Positions 35,385-47,331 of a stretch of DNA of 64,000 nt are shown here, piece after piece. The stretch is from Camelus ferus. Its lineage: Eukaryota. The position numbers and the translations under genes were made by a program. The stretch spans positions 63,304,001-63,368,000 of the forward strand of contig NC_045696.1 of assembly GCF_009834535.1 (NCBI RefSeq). The letters run 5' to 3'. Position 1 is the stretch's first letter, and each line of letters begins with the position of its first letter. The notes beneath the pieces were generated by a model. The model was not told the DNA's origin, searched no databases, and was given only the letters and a program-made list of their open reading frames with translations.

Positions 35385-37028
35385 ATGCTGCTCGGAGCCT
35401 GGCTGCACTGGGCTTGCCTCCTGCTCCTGGCCCAGCTTGCCCAGCCCTGCCCTGTGGGGTGTGACTGTTTCATCCAGGAGGTGTTCTGCTCTGATGAGGA
35501 GCTGGCTGCCATCCCACTGGACATCCCCTCCTATGCTACACACATCATCTTCGTAGAGACCTCGTTCACCACGGTGGGAGCCAGGGCCTTCAGCGGCAGC
35601 CCCAACCTGACCAAGGTGGTCTTCCTCAACACCAACGTGTGCCACTTCGGGCCGGATGCCTTCGGGGGGCTGCCAAGGCTTGAGGACCTGGAGATCACTG
35701 GCAGCACCTTCTCCAACCTCAGCGCCGATGTCTTCTCCAACCTGACCTCATTGGGCAAGTTCACCCTCAATTTCAACATGCTGGAGGCTCTGCCTGTGGG
35801 CTTCTTCCACCATATGGATGCACTGGAGTCCCTCCAGCTTCAGGGAAACCGGCTCCAGACCCTGACCGGGACAGTCTTCCAGCCTCTGAGACGTCTGAGG
35901 ACCCTCAACCTCGCTCAGAACCTCCTGACCCAGCTGCCCGAGGAGCTGTTTGACCCCCTCTGCAGCCTGCAGACCCTGAAGCTGAGCAACAATGCGCTGA
36001 CTGGCTTGCCCCAGGGGGTGTTCAGCAATCTGGGCAGACTGCAGGAACTCTCCCTGGATGGCAACAGCATCTCCGAGCTGCCTTCGGAAGTGTTCGCGCA
36101 GCTGTCCCGCCTGGAGAAGCTGTGGCTGCAGCGCAACGCCATCAGGCACCTGCCCTCGTCCGTCTTCTCTGCCCTGCGCAACCTGACCTTCCTGAACCTG
36201 CAGGGGAACAAGCTGCAGACGTTGCCCGCCGGCCTCTTCTCCCGTTCCCCTGGCCTGGTCAGCCTGTCCTTGTCCCACAACCAGCTGGAAACTGTTGCCG
36301 AGGGGGCCTTTGCCAACCTATCTGGCCTCAGTTTTCTCACGCTCTCACACAACGCCCTCACCCATCTCCCGGCTAGCATCTTCAGGGACCTGGAGGGGCT
36401 GATCAAACTCTACCTGGGTAGCAACAACCTGACGGCCTTGCACCCTGCCCTCTTTCAGAACCTGTCCAAACTTGAGGTGCTCAGCCTCTCCAAGAACCAC
36501 CTGACCACGCTCCCGGAGGGCATCTTCGACACCAACTACAACCTGTTCAACCTCGCCCTCCATGGCAACCCTTGGCAGTGTGACTGCCACCTGGCCTACC
36601 TCTTCAACTGGTTGCACCAGTACAGCGACCGGCTCTTCAACATCCAGACCTACTGTGCCGGCCCCGCCTACCTGAAGGGCCAGGTGGTGCCTGCCTTGAA
36701 GGAGGAGCAGCTGGTGTGCCCCGTCGCTCGGGACCGCTTGGGCTTCCAGGCCCCGAGGCTGGAGGACAGGGAGCCAGGGGGTGGCTGGGATCTGGCTGCG
36801 GAGGAGAGGGCAGTGCGGGGCCGGTGCACCTACAGCAACACCGAGGGCACCGTGGTGCTGGCTTGTGATGAGGCCCAGTGTCGCTGGCTGAACATCCAGC
36901 TGTCCTCCAGGCAGGGCTCGGGCTTCCCAGCACTGGCGCTCAATGCCAGTCAGGAGTGGGACTTGAAGTCCAGCTGTGGCTCTGTGAGGGTCACTGTGTC
37001 CATTGAGGCCCGGGCAAGGAAGCCCTAG
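35385..37028 (+). CDS. CPN2: Carboxypeptidase N subunit 2, secreted LRR regulatory subunit (547 aa), single coding exon
   Basis: Signal peptide, CPVGCDCFIQEVFCSDEEL LRRNT, LRR array, NPWQCDCHLAYL LRRCT, C-terminal CTYSN..CRWLNIQL..WDLKSSCGS domain, no TM segment, 8 N-X-S/T sequons. Position directly downstream of LRRC15 fits the known GP5-LRRC15-CPN2 cluster. Confidence 0.96.
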   Translation: MLLGAWLHWACLLLLAQLAQPCPVGCDCFIQEVFCSDEELAAIPLDIPSYATHIIFVETSFTTVGARAFSGSPNLTKVVFLNTNVCHFGPDAFGGLPRLEDLEITGSTFSNLSADVFSNLTSLGKFTLNFNMLEALPVGFFHHMDALESLQLQGNRLQTLTGTVFQPLRRLRTLNLAQNLLTQLPEELFDPLCSLQTLKLSNNALTGLPQGVFSNLGRLQELSLDGNSISELPSEVFAQLSRLEKLWLQRNAIRHLPSSVFSALRNLTFLNLQGNKLQTLPAGLFSRSPGLVSLSLSHNQLETVAEGAFANLSGLSFLTLSHNALTHLPASIFRDLEGLIKLYLGSNNLTALHPALFQNLSKLEVLSLSKNHLTTLPEGIFDTNYNLFNLALHGNPWQCDCHLAYLFNWLHQYSDRLFNIQTYCAGPAYLKGQVVPALKEEQLVCPVARDRLGFQAPRLEDREPGGGWDLAAEERAVRGRCTYSNTEGTVVLACDEAQCRWLNIQLSSRQGSGFPALALNASQEWDLKSSCGSVRVTVSIEARARKP

Positions 37029-37293
37029 GCCCAGGGCATAGGGGCCAGGAGCTGGGCAGACGGCCTCTGGGCCTGACCAGGCAGGAGATGGCGGAGGGGA
37101 GCTGAAGCTTGGTGTTTTCAGATACAAGGGATGGACTTACATCTCCAAGGTGGAGGAGGTGGAGGCGGCTGGCTCCAGCACCCTGAGTCTCTGTCTCCCC
37201 TCTTCCTCCACTACCCCAGTCTGAGTCTGAGACCTCACAAGGCCTTCCTCAAGCTTTGCAAAGCACCCGCTAAAGCTGCATTGTGGTCCAGAG

Positions 37294-37299
37294 AATAAA
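37294..37299 (+). terminator. CPN2: Probable CPN2 polyadenylation signal
   Basis: AATAAA ~265 nt after the stop, followed by a GT/T-rich downstream element (ggtgtttttctattattt, ~37316-37333). Confidence 0.7.
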
Positions 37300-39859
37300 A
37301 TAACGCTGCTCCCCTGGTGTTTTTCTATTATTTAATGCCTACCCCCGTCTCATCCCGACCCAAGGTCCTCTTCCGCCCCTATTCCATTTCCACCCTCCTT
37401 TGACATCCAGTTAAAAGCCAATGCCTGTTTCTATTTTTCTGCCTGGAAACGTGTTTTTAATTGCTAAAGAGAAAAAGAGGAGACAACAGATGTAGAGGTG
37501 ACTGGAAGGATGAGGGGCAGGAGCCTGACTTGGTGCACAGGGGACCCATGGGGTCAGTGCCCACCTCCAGTGCCTCCAGGAGAAATCAGGATGATGCAGC
37601 CTCAGGAAGGTAAACGCCGGCTGTTTGGCTTTCACAACACGAAGCCCCCAGAGAGAGAGCCATGGCTTTGCCTGTTCAGCCCCCAGGGGAGAAGAGGGAG
37701 CACGGTGAGCTGGGTGGGCTGGGGCCGACGCACTGCCCTCCTCAGCGTCTGCCTTTGGGGGTGCCGCTCACTCACCGAAGTGGTTCTCCTGTGGTTTTGG
37801 GGACCCCACCCTTTTACCCAAGCCCGATGGCTCTCAGTCTTTCCCAGCCACCTCTTCCATGCTGGCCTCCTCAGAGTTGCCTGTCCTTGAGGCTCCCTGG
37901 GTAATCCCCGTCCAGGCCCTTGAGGGGCAGATGCCGCCTCTATGCTGAGGACCTCACTCTCCATCCCGGGCTCTGGTTTTTGGCTCCATGATAAGACATC
38001 TGCCTGCTCAGTAGCCCCGTGTTCTATTATCACGGCCACAAACACGTCTAAACCAAACTCTGTCCCCAACTCCTGCGGGAGACCCACCCAGCAGATCACC
38101 AACCCCAGGAGCTGGGCATAGCCTCCAATCTCTCCTCCCCTTCATCCTCAGGGCCACCCAGTCACTGGGTGCTTCTGAAGGTCCCTCCGTCCATCGCTTC
38201 TTTCCCAGTCCCAGCCCAGGGAAGCTCTTGGCCCCCCTGGACTGAGCCACAGCATAGCCCCCTTTCTGGTTTCCCCACCTGCTGCAGGACAGGCTTGGTG
38301 AAGCGCTGGGGTCGGGGAGGGAGAAACAGGTCAGATGCACAGCAGACCCTCTGGGAGCTCGTGGTCTGGTGGGAGAGGTCAGACAGGGGTGCACGGGAGG
38401 AAAACACAAACCCCCAGCAAAAGCTGCGGAGTTCAAGGGAGGTAAGGTCCGGGCAACCGAAGACCTCAGGAAGCTGCATTTGATTCTGGGCCTTGAAGAG
38501 GCAACGGGTAGCATAGGGAGGGCAAAGAGATTGCTCGAGAAGGGTGTGAACCAAGGGATGGAGACAGGCAAGCGAGTGAGGTCAGGGTCGAGGTCTCTGG
38601 AGCAGGGTGCTGGTGGGAGAGAAGGGGAGGATCCGCTGGAGCCACATCCCAAAGGGCCTCGATGCACCTAGCAAGGAGTTTGCATATTCATTAAGGATGC
38701 CCTGAGGAGGGTCACACCCCTGCCTGTGAGTCTGAGGAAAGCAAGAGACAGGGAAAACAGGACTCTTGCCTGGCTTGAGCTGAGAGCAACGAGGACCAGG
38801 GATGTCAAGGAAATAGAATGAAAAGTCTTCAGCATCCAAACAGCACATACACAGATGGATTACAAGATCGAAACGTGAATTACAGAAATGCAAATTCAAA
38901 CAGTGTAAGTATCACTTTGTACCTGTCAACCCCACAAAATTTAGGAAGCTGGATCACTCCCAGTGTGGGCACAGGGGAGCCTCCAGGTACCCCTGGCAGG
39001 CACAGCCACTCCTCCGAGGACACTCCAGGAGGACTGAGTCAAATAAAGGGTTTGTTGAGGGGGTCAGGGGTCAGGTGGGTGAGGCTGGAAGACGGTGCCA
39101 GGGGGCTGGAGGGAAGAGAGAGAGAAACCCGTGGTGACCCTTCATTTTCTGTCCTAGAAGGTGGGGAGGACAGTGAAGCCAGTGATCAAGGGCAGGGGCA
39201 GTTCTGGGGGAAGCGGGGAGCAAGATGCCAGCTTTAGACAAGGAAGTGCAAGTTCTCCCCCATGTCCAATGATGCCCTTTCAAAAAGACATGCTTCCTAG
39301 GATACAAATAAGTTAAATTCTAAGGTGATGGAAGGTAGTTTGGTAGATTCGCCAAAGGAACAGCCTTTCTCCCAAATTCATTTGGTTCAATTCCCAAAGG
39401 CATCTGGTTTAAGAATAATCTTGACCATGTCTTCCAAGGTTGGGGAACGTTGCCTCCTCAGAACAGAAAGGAGGCAGCCCTGAGCAACTGAGGGTTCTGT
39501 GCTCTCACTGCTTAGGTTCAGGCCGGGCTGCACAGGTTGCTGGCTTCCAGCTGGGCACATAGAAGGCACTTTGCAAATCTCCATCAGATGGAAGCCTGTC
39601 TGAGTTACAGCTCATGGTCCAAATAGCCTTGTGTCTACTGCCAGGGATAAAGGAACAAGATAATTGAGCAGACATTTCTCTTAATTATATTTTTCCCCAA
39701 ATATAACTCTTTGCAAAGTTAAAATATAATAATTTTTCTTTGTGCCAAATGGTGCTGGGAAAAGAGCCCTGGCTGACAGGGGTTGCGTTGTCTGGGCAAA
39801 CTGCTTGCTCGCCCTTTCAAGTTTGTTAGGCGAGATCAGAGTCTCTGTGCTCTTTGAGC

Positions 39860-39980
39860 AGGATTGCTTGACTTACCAATAAGCACATGCATGTTGCATG
39901 GGACATATATTAAAAACTTGATTTGTAGTTTATCTGAAATCCAACTGTAACTGGGTATTTTATCTGGTGATGCAACCCCC
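39860..39980. mobile_element. MER53-like hAT transposon fragment
   Basis: ttgcatgggacata...tttatctgaaatccaactgtaactggg...gcaaccc. Confidence 0.6.
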
Positions 39981-40372
39981 TGGGGAAAGTGGGGAAACCA
40001 TAGGGGTGGAAGTGGGAGTGAGTGGTTCTCTTCAGGGCCGAGGAGGCCAGGCCCCAGCCCGCTGTGGTGCAAGTCCTGGCCATGGAGGGTGCCTAAGGTC
40101 TTGAGGTTGGCGCTGACAGGAAGCAGGAGGCCCTGAGCATCCCACAGACTGAGGTAAGAGACAAAGAGGCAGATCTGAGTGTGCTGTGCACCCAGGGGTC
40201 TTCTGTCCTGCTGCTTGTCTCCTTGTGGGCATCCCAGTCCAGTGCAGCAGTAGACCTTTTGACGGGATCTGGAGAGAAATCAGGGTACTCGGTTCCCCTT
40301 CCTTAACATTTGGCCTTTGGCAAATTACAGCTCCTCTCTGGGCCTCATCTATATAACAAGGAGGCTGCTTCT

Positions 40373-40540
40373 CAGTGCTTACTGGATCCTGGAATCAACT
40401 GGGGGAGGTTTAAAAAAAACCCACAGGTGCCTGGGCTTCCACTTCCAGAAATTATGATTTAGTTGGCCTGAGGAGACCCAGATACCAATTTTTTAAAAAA
40501 CTTCCCCAGAGATTCTAATGCTCAATCAGGCTTGAAAACT
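40373..40540. mobile_element. MER5-family DNA transposon
   Basis: gaatcaactgggggaggtttaaaa...tgcctgggcttccac...cttccccagagattctaatg...ggcttgaaaact. Confidence 0.7.
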
Positions 40541-40844
40541 CAATTTTGTCCAGTTCTAGGTCTATAGCTATCCCAGGGCTGTGGAGCAAATGCAGACCCA
40601 CTGGTGTAATGGTCTGGATGAATTCATAATGCAATAAGCCACAATGCTGTGTCCAAAAATATCTCATAGGGTTTTTCCCTTCTTATCTGTATGTTTTATT
40701 TTACGTCCTTAGTACTCTAAGTTTGGAGAAACAGTAAGCTGGGTGCACGCTGCCTTGTTTTCTTGCAGTATGAGGATGGCTAAGTTCCTCCAAAGCATCT
40801 CCTTCCAGTGCCCCAGTGCCTGGAATGTTCCATAGTTCTTCAGT

Positions 40845-41045
40845 ACTTCTCTGCCACTTGCCAGCAAGGTAACTCTTGGGCAAGTTACTAAAACTCTCTG
40901 CACCTCAGTTTTCTCATCCATACTTTTTATCATGGGGATAATAGTACTCATCTCATAGTGTTATTGTTGAAGATAAGATATTCATTCATGAACCCAAAAT
41001 GAGACATGGTAAGTTCTCAAAAATGTTATCTATTATTATTATCAT
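40845..41045 (+). mobile_element. MIR SINE
   Basis: ttgggcaagttactaaaactctctgcacctcagttttctcatc...atggggataatagtac, with an (ATT)n tail. Confidence 0.85.
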
Positions 41046-42295
41046 TTCTAGAGAAGTGTGGGTGAGTGTGTGGGGGGAGGCAAGAACTGACCATTGCATT
41101 TTTTACCTATATCCATCGGCGTTTCCGGTAGGATGTTAACATTGCTGTTTATATACCACAATTGTATTATTGAGAGGATTGTAAATGCCACTTACAAAAT
41201 TGTTCAGTGCTAACAGTGGATATTGGAAAATTGGACGGAGCTGCCAATTTTCAGACAATTTAGCACAATTCTAGTCCAGCAATGAATTCTTTCTCACACT
41301 GTGTTTTCAGCTTCCCTCCACCCCTTCCACCTGCAGACAGTTCAACACCTCACAAATCTGTAAAGGTTCCGATTCTGGGTCTCCCGGCGCCCCCATGTGG
41401 CGCACTGGGAGAACGGCTTTCTGGGGCTTCCTTGTTCCAGAGAGGTGGCGCGGTGCGTCGTGCTTTACTCTCAGGAAGTCACCACCCGGGAGTCCCAGAA
41501 AGGACAACGGAACACCTGGACTCTCTGGTCCCGGGACGCTCCCTGGCAGGCAGCTCCTGCCAAGGCTTCTGTCTCTTGCGATTCTGGAACGTGCCGAATG
41601 CGCTCGGCGCCCGATCCCGGGGAGCGGCCGTGCGGAGGCTGATTTCCCGGAGCGCACCGCCACCTCGTGGCCTTTAAACACGCCGGGCGTTCAGATTTGT
41701 CCCAGGCGTGCCACGTGTCCTGCATGGGCGGGGAGCAATCCTGCACACAGTGAGCTGTCCTGCCTCTCCCACAACTTCCAAACAGACCGCAAGACCCTGC
41801 TATGGGTGGAGTTCTGCGGGTAACGATCTCTGCTTATAGACACTCAAAGTGGTCGTCGCTGCCTTGTTTGCAAGCTTTCAATTTTCCAGAACTGCTCCTT
41901 AGCATACACATTCTGGGAAGATTGTGCTTTATTTTCTTTGGAATTTTATCCAGTGTTGTTCAGGATTTTGGAAAAAATGCTCCCCACAGCAATGCTTAAC
42001 CCTTATTTCAAAATATAGAAGAAAAGCAACTTCTCTTAAATTCCTCCTTTACTCATCATCTGAGTAGGTGAAGGCTTCTGACTGCTTTATCAGGTCTCTG
42101 GTGAAGTTTTATCTAAGCACTGACACCCAGAAATGAATATCATTTTATTATGAACTGCCTTTTATTTCTAATCTGTTACAGTTAGAACATTTAATTTTTA
42201 AATTCTCTGTGGAATCTGATTATATTACCTATAAAATTTATTTCAGGAGACTGAAGGGAGTATTAAGAATTATTTGCTTTAAAAGGAGAGTTGGC

Positions 42296-42643
42296 AAATG
42301 AACTTAATTACAAAACAGAAAGAGACTCACAGACTTAGAAAACAAACATGGTTATGGGGGAAGAGGGTGGGGAGGGATAAACTGGGGATTCAGGATTTGC
42401 AGATACTAACTACTGTATATAAAATAGATAAACAACAAGGTCCTACTGTATAGCACAGGGGACTATATTCAATACCCTTTAATGGCCTGTAATGAAAAAG
42501 AATATGTAAAGGAATATATATATGTATAAGTGAATCACTATGGTATACAACAGAAATTAACACAACACTGTAAATCCACTATACTTCACTTAAAAAAAGA
42601 AAAAAGAAAAGAGCCCCACAGAAGAAAAAACACACACACACAC
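42296..42643 (+). mobile_element. 5'-truncated artiodactyl-type L1 3' end with A-rich tail and TSD
   Basis: aacaacaaggtcctactgtatagcacagg...aacacaacactgtaaatc plus an A tail. TSD aaaaggagagttgg 42281-42294 and aaaaggggtgttgg 42644-42657 at a TT|AAAA site. Confidence 0.9.
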
Positions 42644-42709
42644 AAAAGGGGTGTTGGATCTGTCAGTGATGAGAGCCACTGTTCCAACATAATAGGAGGA
42701 GCAAAAGCT

Positions 42710-43130
42710 AGATATCAAGGTCTCCAGAGAAACAGGACCAGTGGGATACACAGAGAGACAAATAAAGGAGACTGATAATAGGCACTGGCTCACACAATCA
42801 TGGAAGCTGAGAAATCCCACGATTTGCTGTCTGCAAGCTTCGGAGTCTGAAGGCCAGAGAACCAGGAGCTCTGACTTCCAAGGGCAGAAGATGGACGTCC
42901 CACCTCAATCAAAAGAGCAAATTGGCCTTCCCTCCACCTTTTGGTTCTGTTCAGGCCCTCAGTGGATTGGATGGTGCCCACCTGCATTGGAGAGGGTGAT
43001 CTTTACTCAGTCTAGATTCAAATGCTAATCTCTTCTGGAAACACTCTCACAGACACACCCAGAAATGTTTTACCAGCTAGCTGGGCATCCATTAGTCCAG
43101 TCAAACTGACACATAAAATGAACCATCACA
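42710..43130 (-). mobile_element. MLT2B-like ERVL solo LTR
   Basis: ggtctccagagaaacaggaccagt...tggctcacacaatcatggaagctgagaa...ttcaaatgctaatctcttctggaaacac...tgacacataaaatgaaccatcaca. Confidence 0.85.
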
Positions 43131-46100
43131 GTCTCCATTAATGGAAGCCTTGAGGTTATTTCTTGGCACTTTTTTCCCTGTGAGGTGGAGGCCGTGGGTC
43201 TCAGCCTGTGGCTCCCCTTCCCATGCTGTGTGTCAGCACCTCTCTCTTCCACGTTGCGGAGAAGCTTCATAAAGGGGAGTGGAGATTCAAGTGGCCTTTG
43301 GAGAGAGAGAAGAGATGAGAAGACCTGATTTGTGGCATCAGCTCTGCCTCAACTTTGCTCAGTGATTGTGAACAAGTCACTTCCCCGCCCCGGGCCTCTG
43401 AGTCTTCATCTAGTGATTAGAGGCTGAAAGTTCTGAGCACTGATGTCCTCTTCATCAGGGGGAGGGGAGGCAGGTTACAAGAAGCAAGGTTAACATCTGC
43501 CCTTCTAGGGCAGCAGAGGGCAGGGGCGGGGCAGGAAGGCACCATCAGCCATGACCTGGAGGGGTGTGGGGCTGGGCTACAGGAAAGCAGCCAGGTGCTG
43601 GGGGCCCGAGTTTTGGGGGTGCCAGGGTGGGGTCAATATTTGTGACGGGAGGGGGTTCGCTAGTGTCTTTGGTATGGGCTGAAGGCACCACCAATAGGGG
43701 ACAGGGGTTGCACAGTAGTCTTATTAATAGAAACATGGTGAAGGTGTGAGGGTCGGTGTTGCGGTGACTTCAGGTCCTAGGAACCCAGGAGCCAAGTGGC
43801 TGCTGGGACACTCCCAGTCCACTTATGCAATGCGGCACTCCTAGGGGCAGGGGTCCCCGTCTGAACTCCTGATTTCTCTGTGCTTTTGCCAAATTGCTCA
43901 CAACCAAGAAGTTGATAATACCTCATAAGCAGATTTCACCTCTGCCTTGGGGAATCATGGATTTGGGAAATTCACAGATTTCAGCGTGGAAGCCAATTCA
44001 GTCACATCTTTAGAGGGGATGTGTTTTCTTCTTTTGCCAAATTTGAGAAGTCTCTCCCTGCAGTCGCTGCTGAGGTGGTAAGCTTGTCTCAAGGGACTTC
44101 TGCATCCTCATTGAAGCTCTAATCCATGAAATTCCTTCTCAGTCAGTTCCCAGGTGGGTGGAGTCGTCTGCATCTCGCTGCCAACATTTGTACAAAGATT
44201 TAGAGGGCCAGCTGGCCTTGCTGAGGCTGCCCCACCCTCAGGCGCATCAGTGTCATCAGCCCGCTGACCATCCAACCACCACCCACCTCCCATCTCCCAG
44301 CAGCCGACTACACTCAGCCTCCAGCTACATCCTATCAACCTCCTCTGTGCAGCCTCCAGCCCTCAAAACACACCGGTGATGGCACTTCATCAATCCTGCT
44401 GTCCTCTGAGCACTCATGACCCTCAAACTTTTGCCCTCCTATCACCTGCCACCTTGCCTGGAATCACCAGTCTTTGGGGTCTTCATAGCCATGGCATTAG
44501 ATCGGGGCTGGGGTCCTAATGGGATATGCTTCCCTCTGCCTAGATTTTTGTCCCTCTCCAGCAGGGAGAACGCTGCCCCCATGTGGGGCCTAGCCTGTCC
44601 AAGAAGGAAGCTCCCATTCACCATTCACTGCATGCCCTGAGAGGGCCCACAGCCCAGGCATCCCTCTATCCCAGCCACCCTTTCCCATAACAAATCCCCA
44701 CATGCTTTTGCCACCTCTGTTCTCAGCAGCACAGAAAACACTCCAATAGTTCACTGACCCCTTGAGTCTCCCCCACACTCCTTCTAGGGCCTTGGTGGGT
44801 TACCATCAACACACCCGCTGCAGTTTGTTCTCATGCCTGTCCCTGAAGTGTGGCTCTTTACCAACTCCACCATCTGCCGTGGTACCCAGAGGCCATGCCC
44901 TGTGCCCTGAGGCGAACAAAGTTACCAGGGAGAGAGGTGAGCCCAGAACAGAATTCCTCCCACATGAGAAATCCCATAGAGTCACCCTGAAGCCAGAGTG
45001 GGACACCTCTTCCTGCCACCAGAGGGGCTTCTTAGGAGAGGAAAGGGGACCTCTGGGTTAGACTAGGTTGCTGAACGGGGAGATTTGTATTCAGTCCCTA
45101 TTTTAGCTCTGAAATCTACCAGCCACCATTCTTTGGGGTGTGATATTTTTTGACATCTGGGAAGCTGGCAAACTTGTGAAGACATTTAGAGTTTTAAAAC
45201 CTGGATGTAAGGAATTAGCGTATCCTAATAAGTGGCAGGCCAAAGCTCCAGGGCATTTACAATAAATATTGTTAGCTCCACTGCCTTTGCCCACAAACAT
45301 GTCCTCTATTTAAACAGAAACAGAAGAACTCATTCGTAGAAAATTTTACTCTCCAGCCCCTACACTCTCCAAATCAGAGCTCTAACCCAGGAAAAATCAA
45401 AATGTCTTGATAGCAGCCCAAATAAGTTTCCAGGGCCTTAGATGAAAGCTCAGGCATTTGCTCTGCACTCAGAGTCTGTTCACTTTTACATGAGACACGA
45501 GTCCATCAAGTTTGGTCATATGGTTTCCAGACTGTACTAGATTAAAAGCAAAAATCATAAGTTGGGAGGAGGGTGATGGTCTTGCAGGAGACTGGCTAGC
45601 AACAAAGAAAGAGATAGAAAAACAGCCAGAATCAGACACGAATTACAAAGGAAGAGCAACTGGGCCATTTAGTGGAGGGTACTCCAGTCGCTCTGAGGGC
45701 AACACATTATTCCAGAGCAGAGCTGGAGGTAGATAATGAGCCAGGTGGATAGTGATGACCCGGGCTGCCCAAAAGTCGACGTTATGCGTAATATTGGTTT
45801 GGCTTGCGGTCCCTTGATAGCAGAGCTTGGTGCAAGGGCTTGGATGCAGTTTAATTGGTAGGTGATCCCAGGAGGCAGGCCCATGAGATAGGGAAGGAGG
45901 AAAAACCAGCACTCAGGTGACTGTGGAAGCTGCTCTGGGCAACAGGTCTGATTCCGTATGTACTGCTTGGGAAGCGTCAGACCGCCTCCAGGAGGTGGAG
46001 CGGTTGGTTATCCACCAGCCCCCACCAGCTCCCATCCCCCCACACTTCCGGGAAGTGGGCCCGGGAGGCCGAGGGGCGCAGAGAGGGTGAAAAGCCACTT

Positions 46101-46499
46101 CACACGGAAGCTGCGGCTGAGAAAGTGGCGGGATGAAGGCGTCTGCTGCGACCACCCAGTTTACAGCAGCGGCTGCGATGTAAGGGGTGTAAATGTTAAA
46201 ACGTTTTTTTATCGATTAACGGGGCACCGTACTCAGTTATCCAGAAGCTGAGCCAATCCAGAATGGGCCTTCAAGAGGGCCCTGGGTTCACTGTGTCCGT
46301 GCGAATGCTGAAACAGCCCGTGTGCTGGCGGATATGTTCATGTCGGAGCAAGAACCTATGGGAGCTGTTCTAAGCAGAGATTTTTCATTAATCCTGGCAC
46401 CAGCCCTCGGGGCACTTAAATGCCACTCCTGGTGCCACAGTCCTTCTGCAGCTTCCCTGGAGCCGCGATGGCGTCATTCCACAGACGTTTCCTGGTGTC

Positions 46500-46865
46500 C
46501 TCCGTCAGGCTCCCCAGAAGCGGACCTTCAGATGAGAATCCAGATGCAGGTGATTTCGCATCAGGAAGCAGTCCGCGGAGAGACTGGTAAGAGAGCGGGG
46601 GACGAGGACACGGGACAAGGTGGGAAGTCGAGCAGTACTCGATTTCAGGCGGAGAACCAGCCTCAGACCCATCCCGCAGCAAAGCTCTAGGGTGTAAATT
46701 ATTTCCCACTTTGCCCCAACTGGCCCCAGTGGTGGGAAGACAGCTCCACAAAGAGTCACAAGTGCCTCTGTCAGGGGTGAAAGCACCCAGAGGCTGGGGA
46801 AGGGTGCACGGGAGCAGCGAAAGTGGCCCTGGGGATCTGGGGACATCGCCAGTGTCCACTACAGT
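46500..46865. mobile_element. Old LTR remnant (MaLR/ERVL type, subfamily uncertain)
   Basis: ggctccccagaagcggaccttcagatgagaatccagatgcaggtgattt resembles old LTR termini. Confidence 0.45.
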
Positions 46866-47331
46866 TTGGCCCTCCTCTGTGCCCCGCGCTGGGCTAAGGT
46901 GTGGTTTTGCCCTGTCTGCCTGGGGAAGAGCTGCTTTTGGTTACTCCCGTCCCCAAGGGCAGTAGACCCTAGGAGACCCTATAACCATAAGGACCTCAGT
47001 TTCTGAAGTGTAAATGAAGGGGGTTGGCTTGCAAGACATACCTTGCTGTGGTGGTTACTGAAGTTTGATGTTGTGGCCCGTCTATACCGAGAGAGCGCAC
47101 TTTTTAGTCTTTATCTGTTGTTTCTGATTTTTTATCTAGAGATATATGATTACAATTCTATTATAAAGTTGGTGATGAGACAAATTGTTTTATTAGATAG
47201 TAAAGTGGAATCCTAGGAGCACTTAACTGATGTAAATTCAATCCTGAGATCTCAGGAGGAAAGTTGAGAGCAGTGCCAGAGAGAAAGGGGGAGGAAGTGG
47301 GGCAGCTGGGTGACTTTAGGTTGATTTTTTT

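Noticed and set aside
35531..37127. Antisense ORFs over CPN2 (260, 176, 163 aa)
   Set aside because: Same codon-bias shadow effect, with no independent evidence.
46703..46738. Paired RBPJ sites (TTCCCAC ... GTGGGAA)
   Set aside because: Orientation and spacing do not fit a head-to-head sequence-paired site, and they lie in an LTR remnant.
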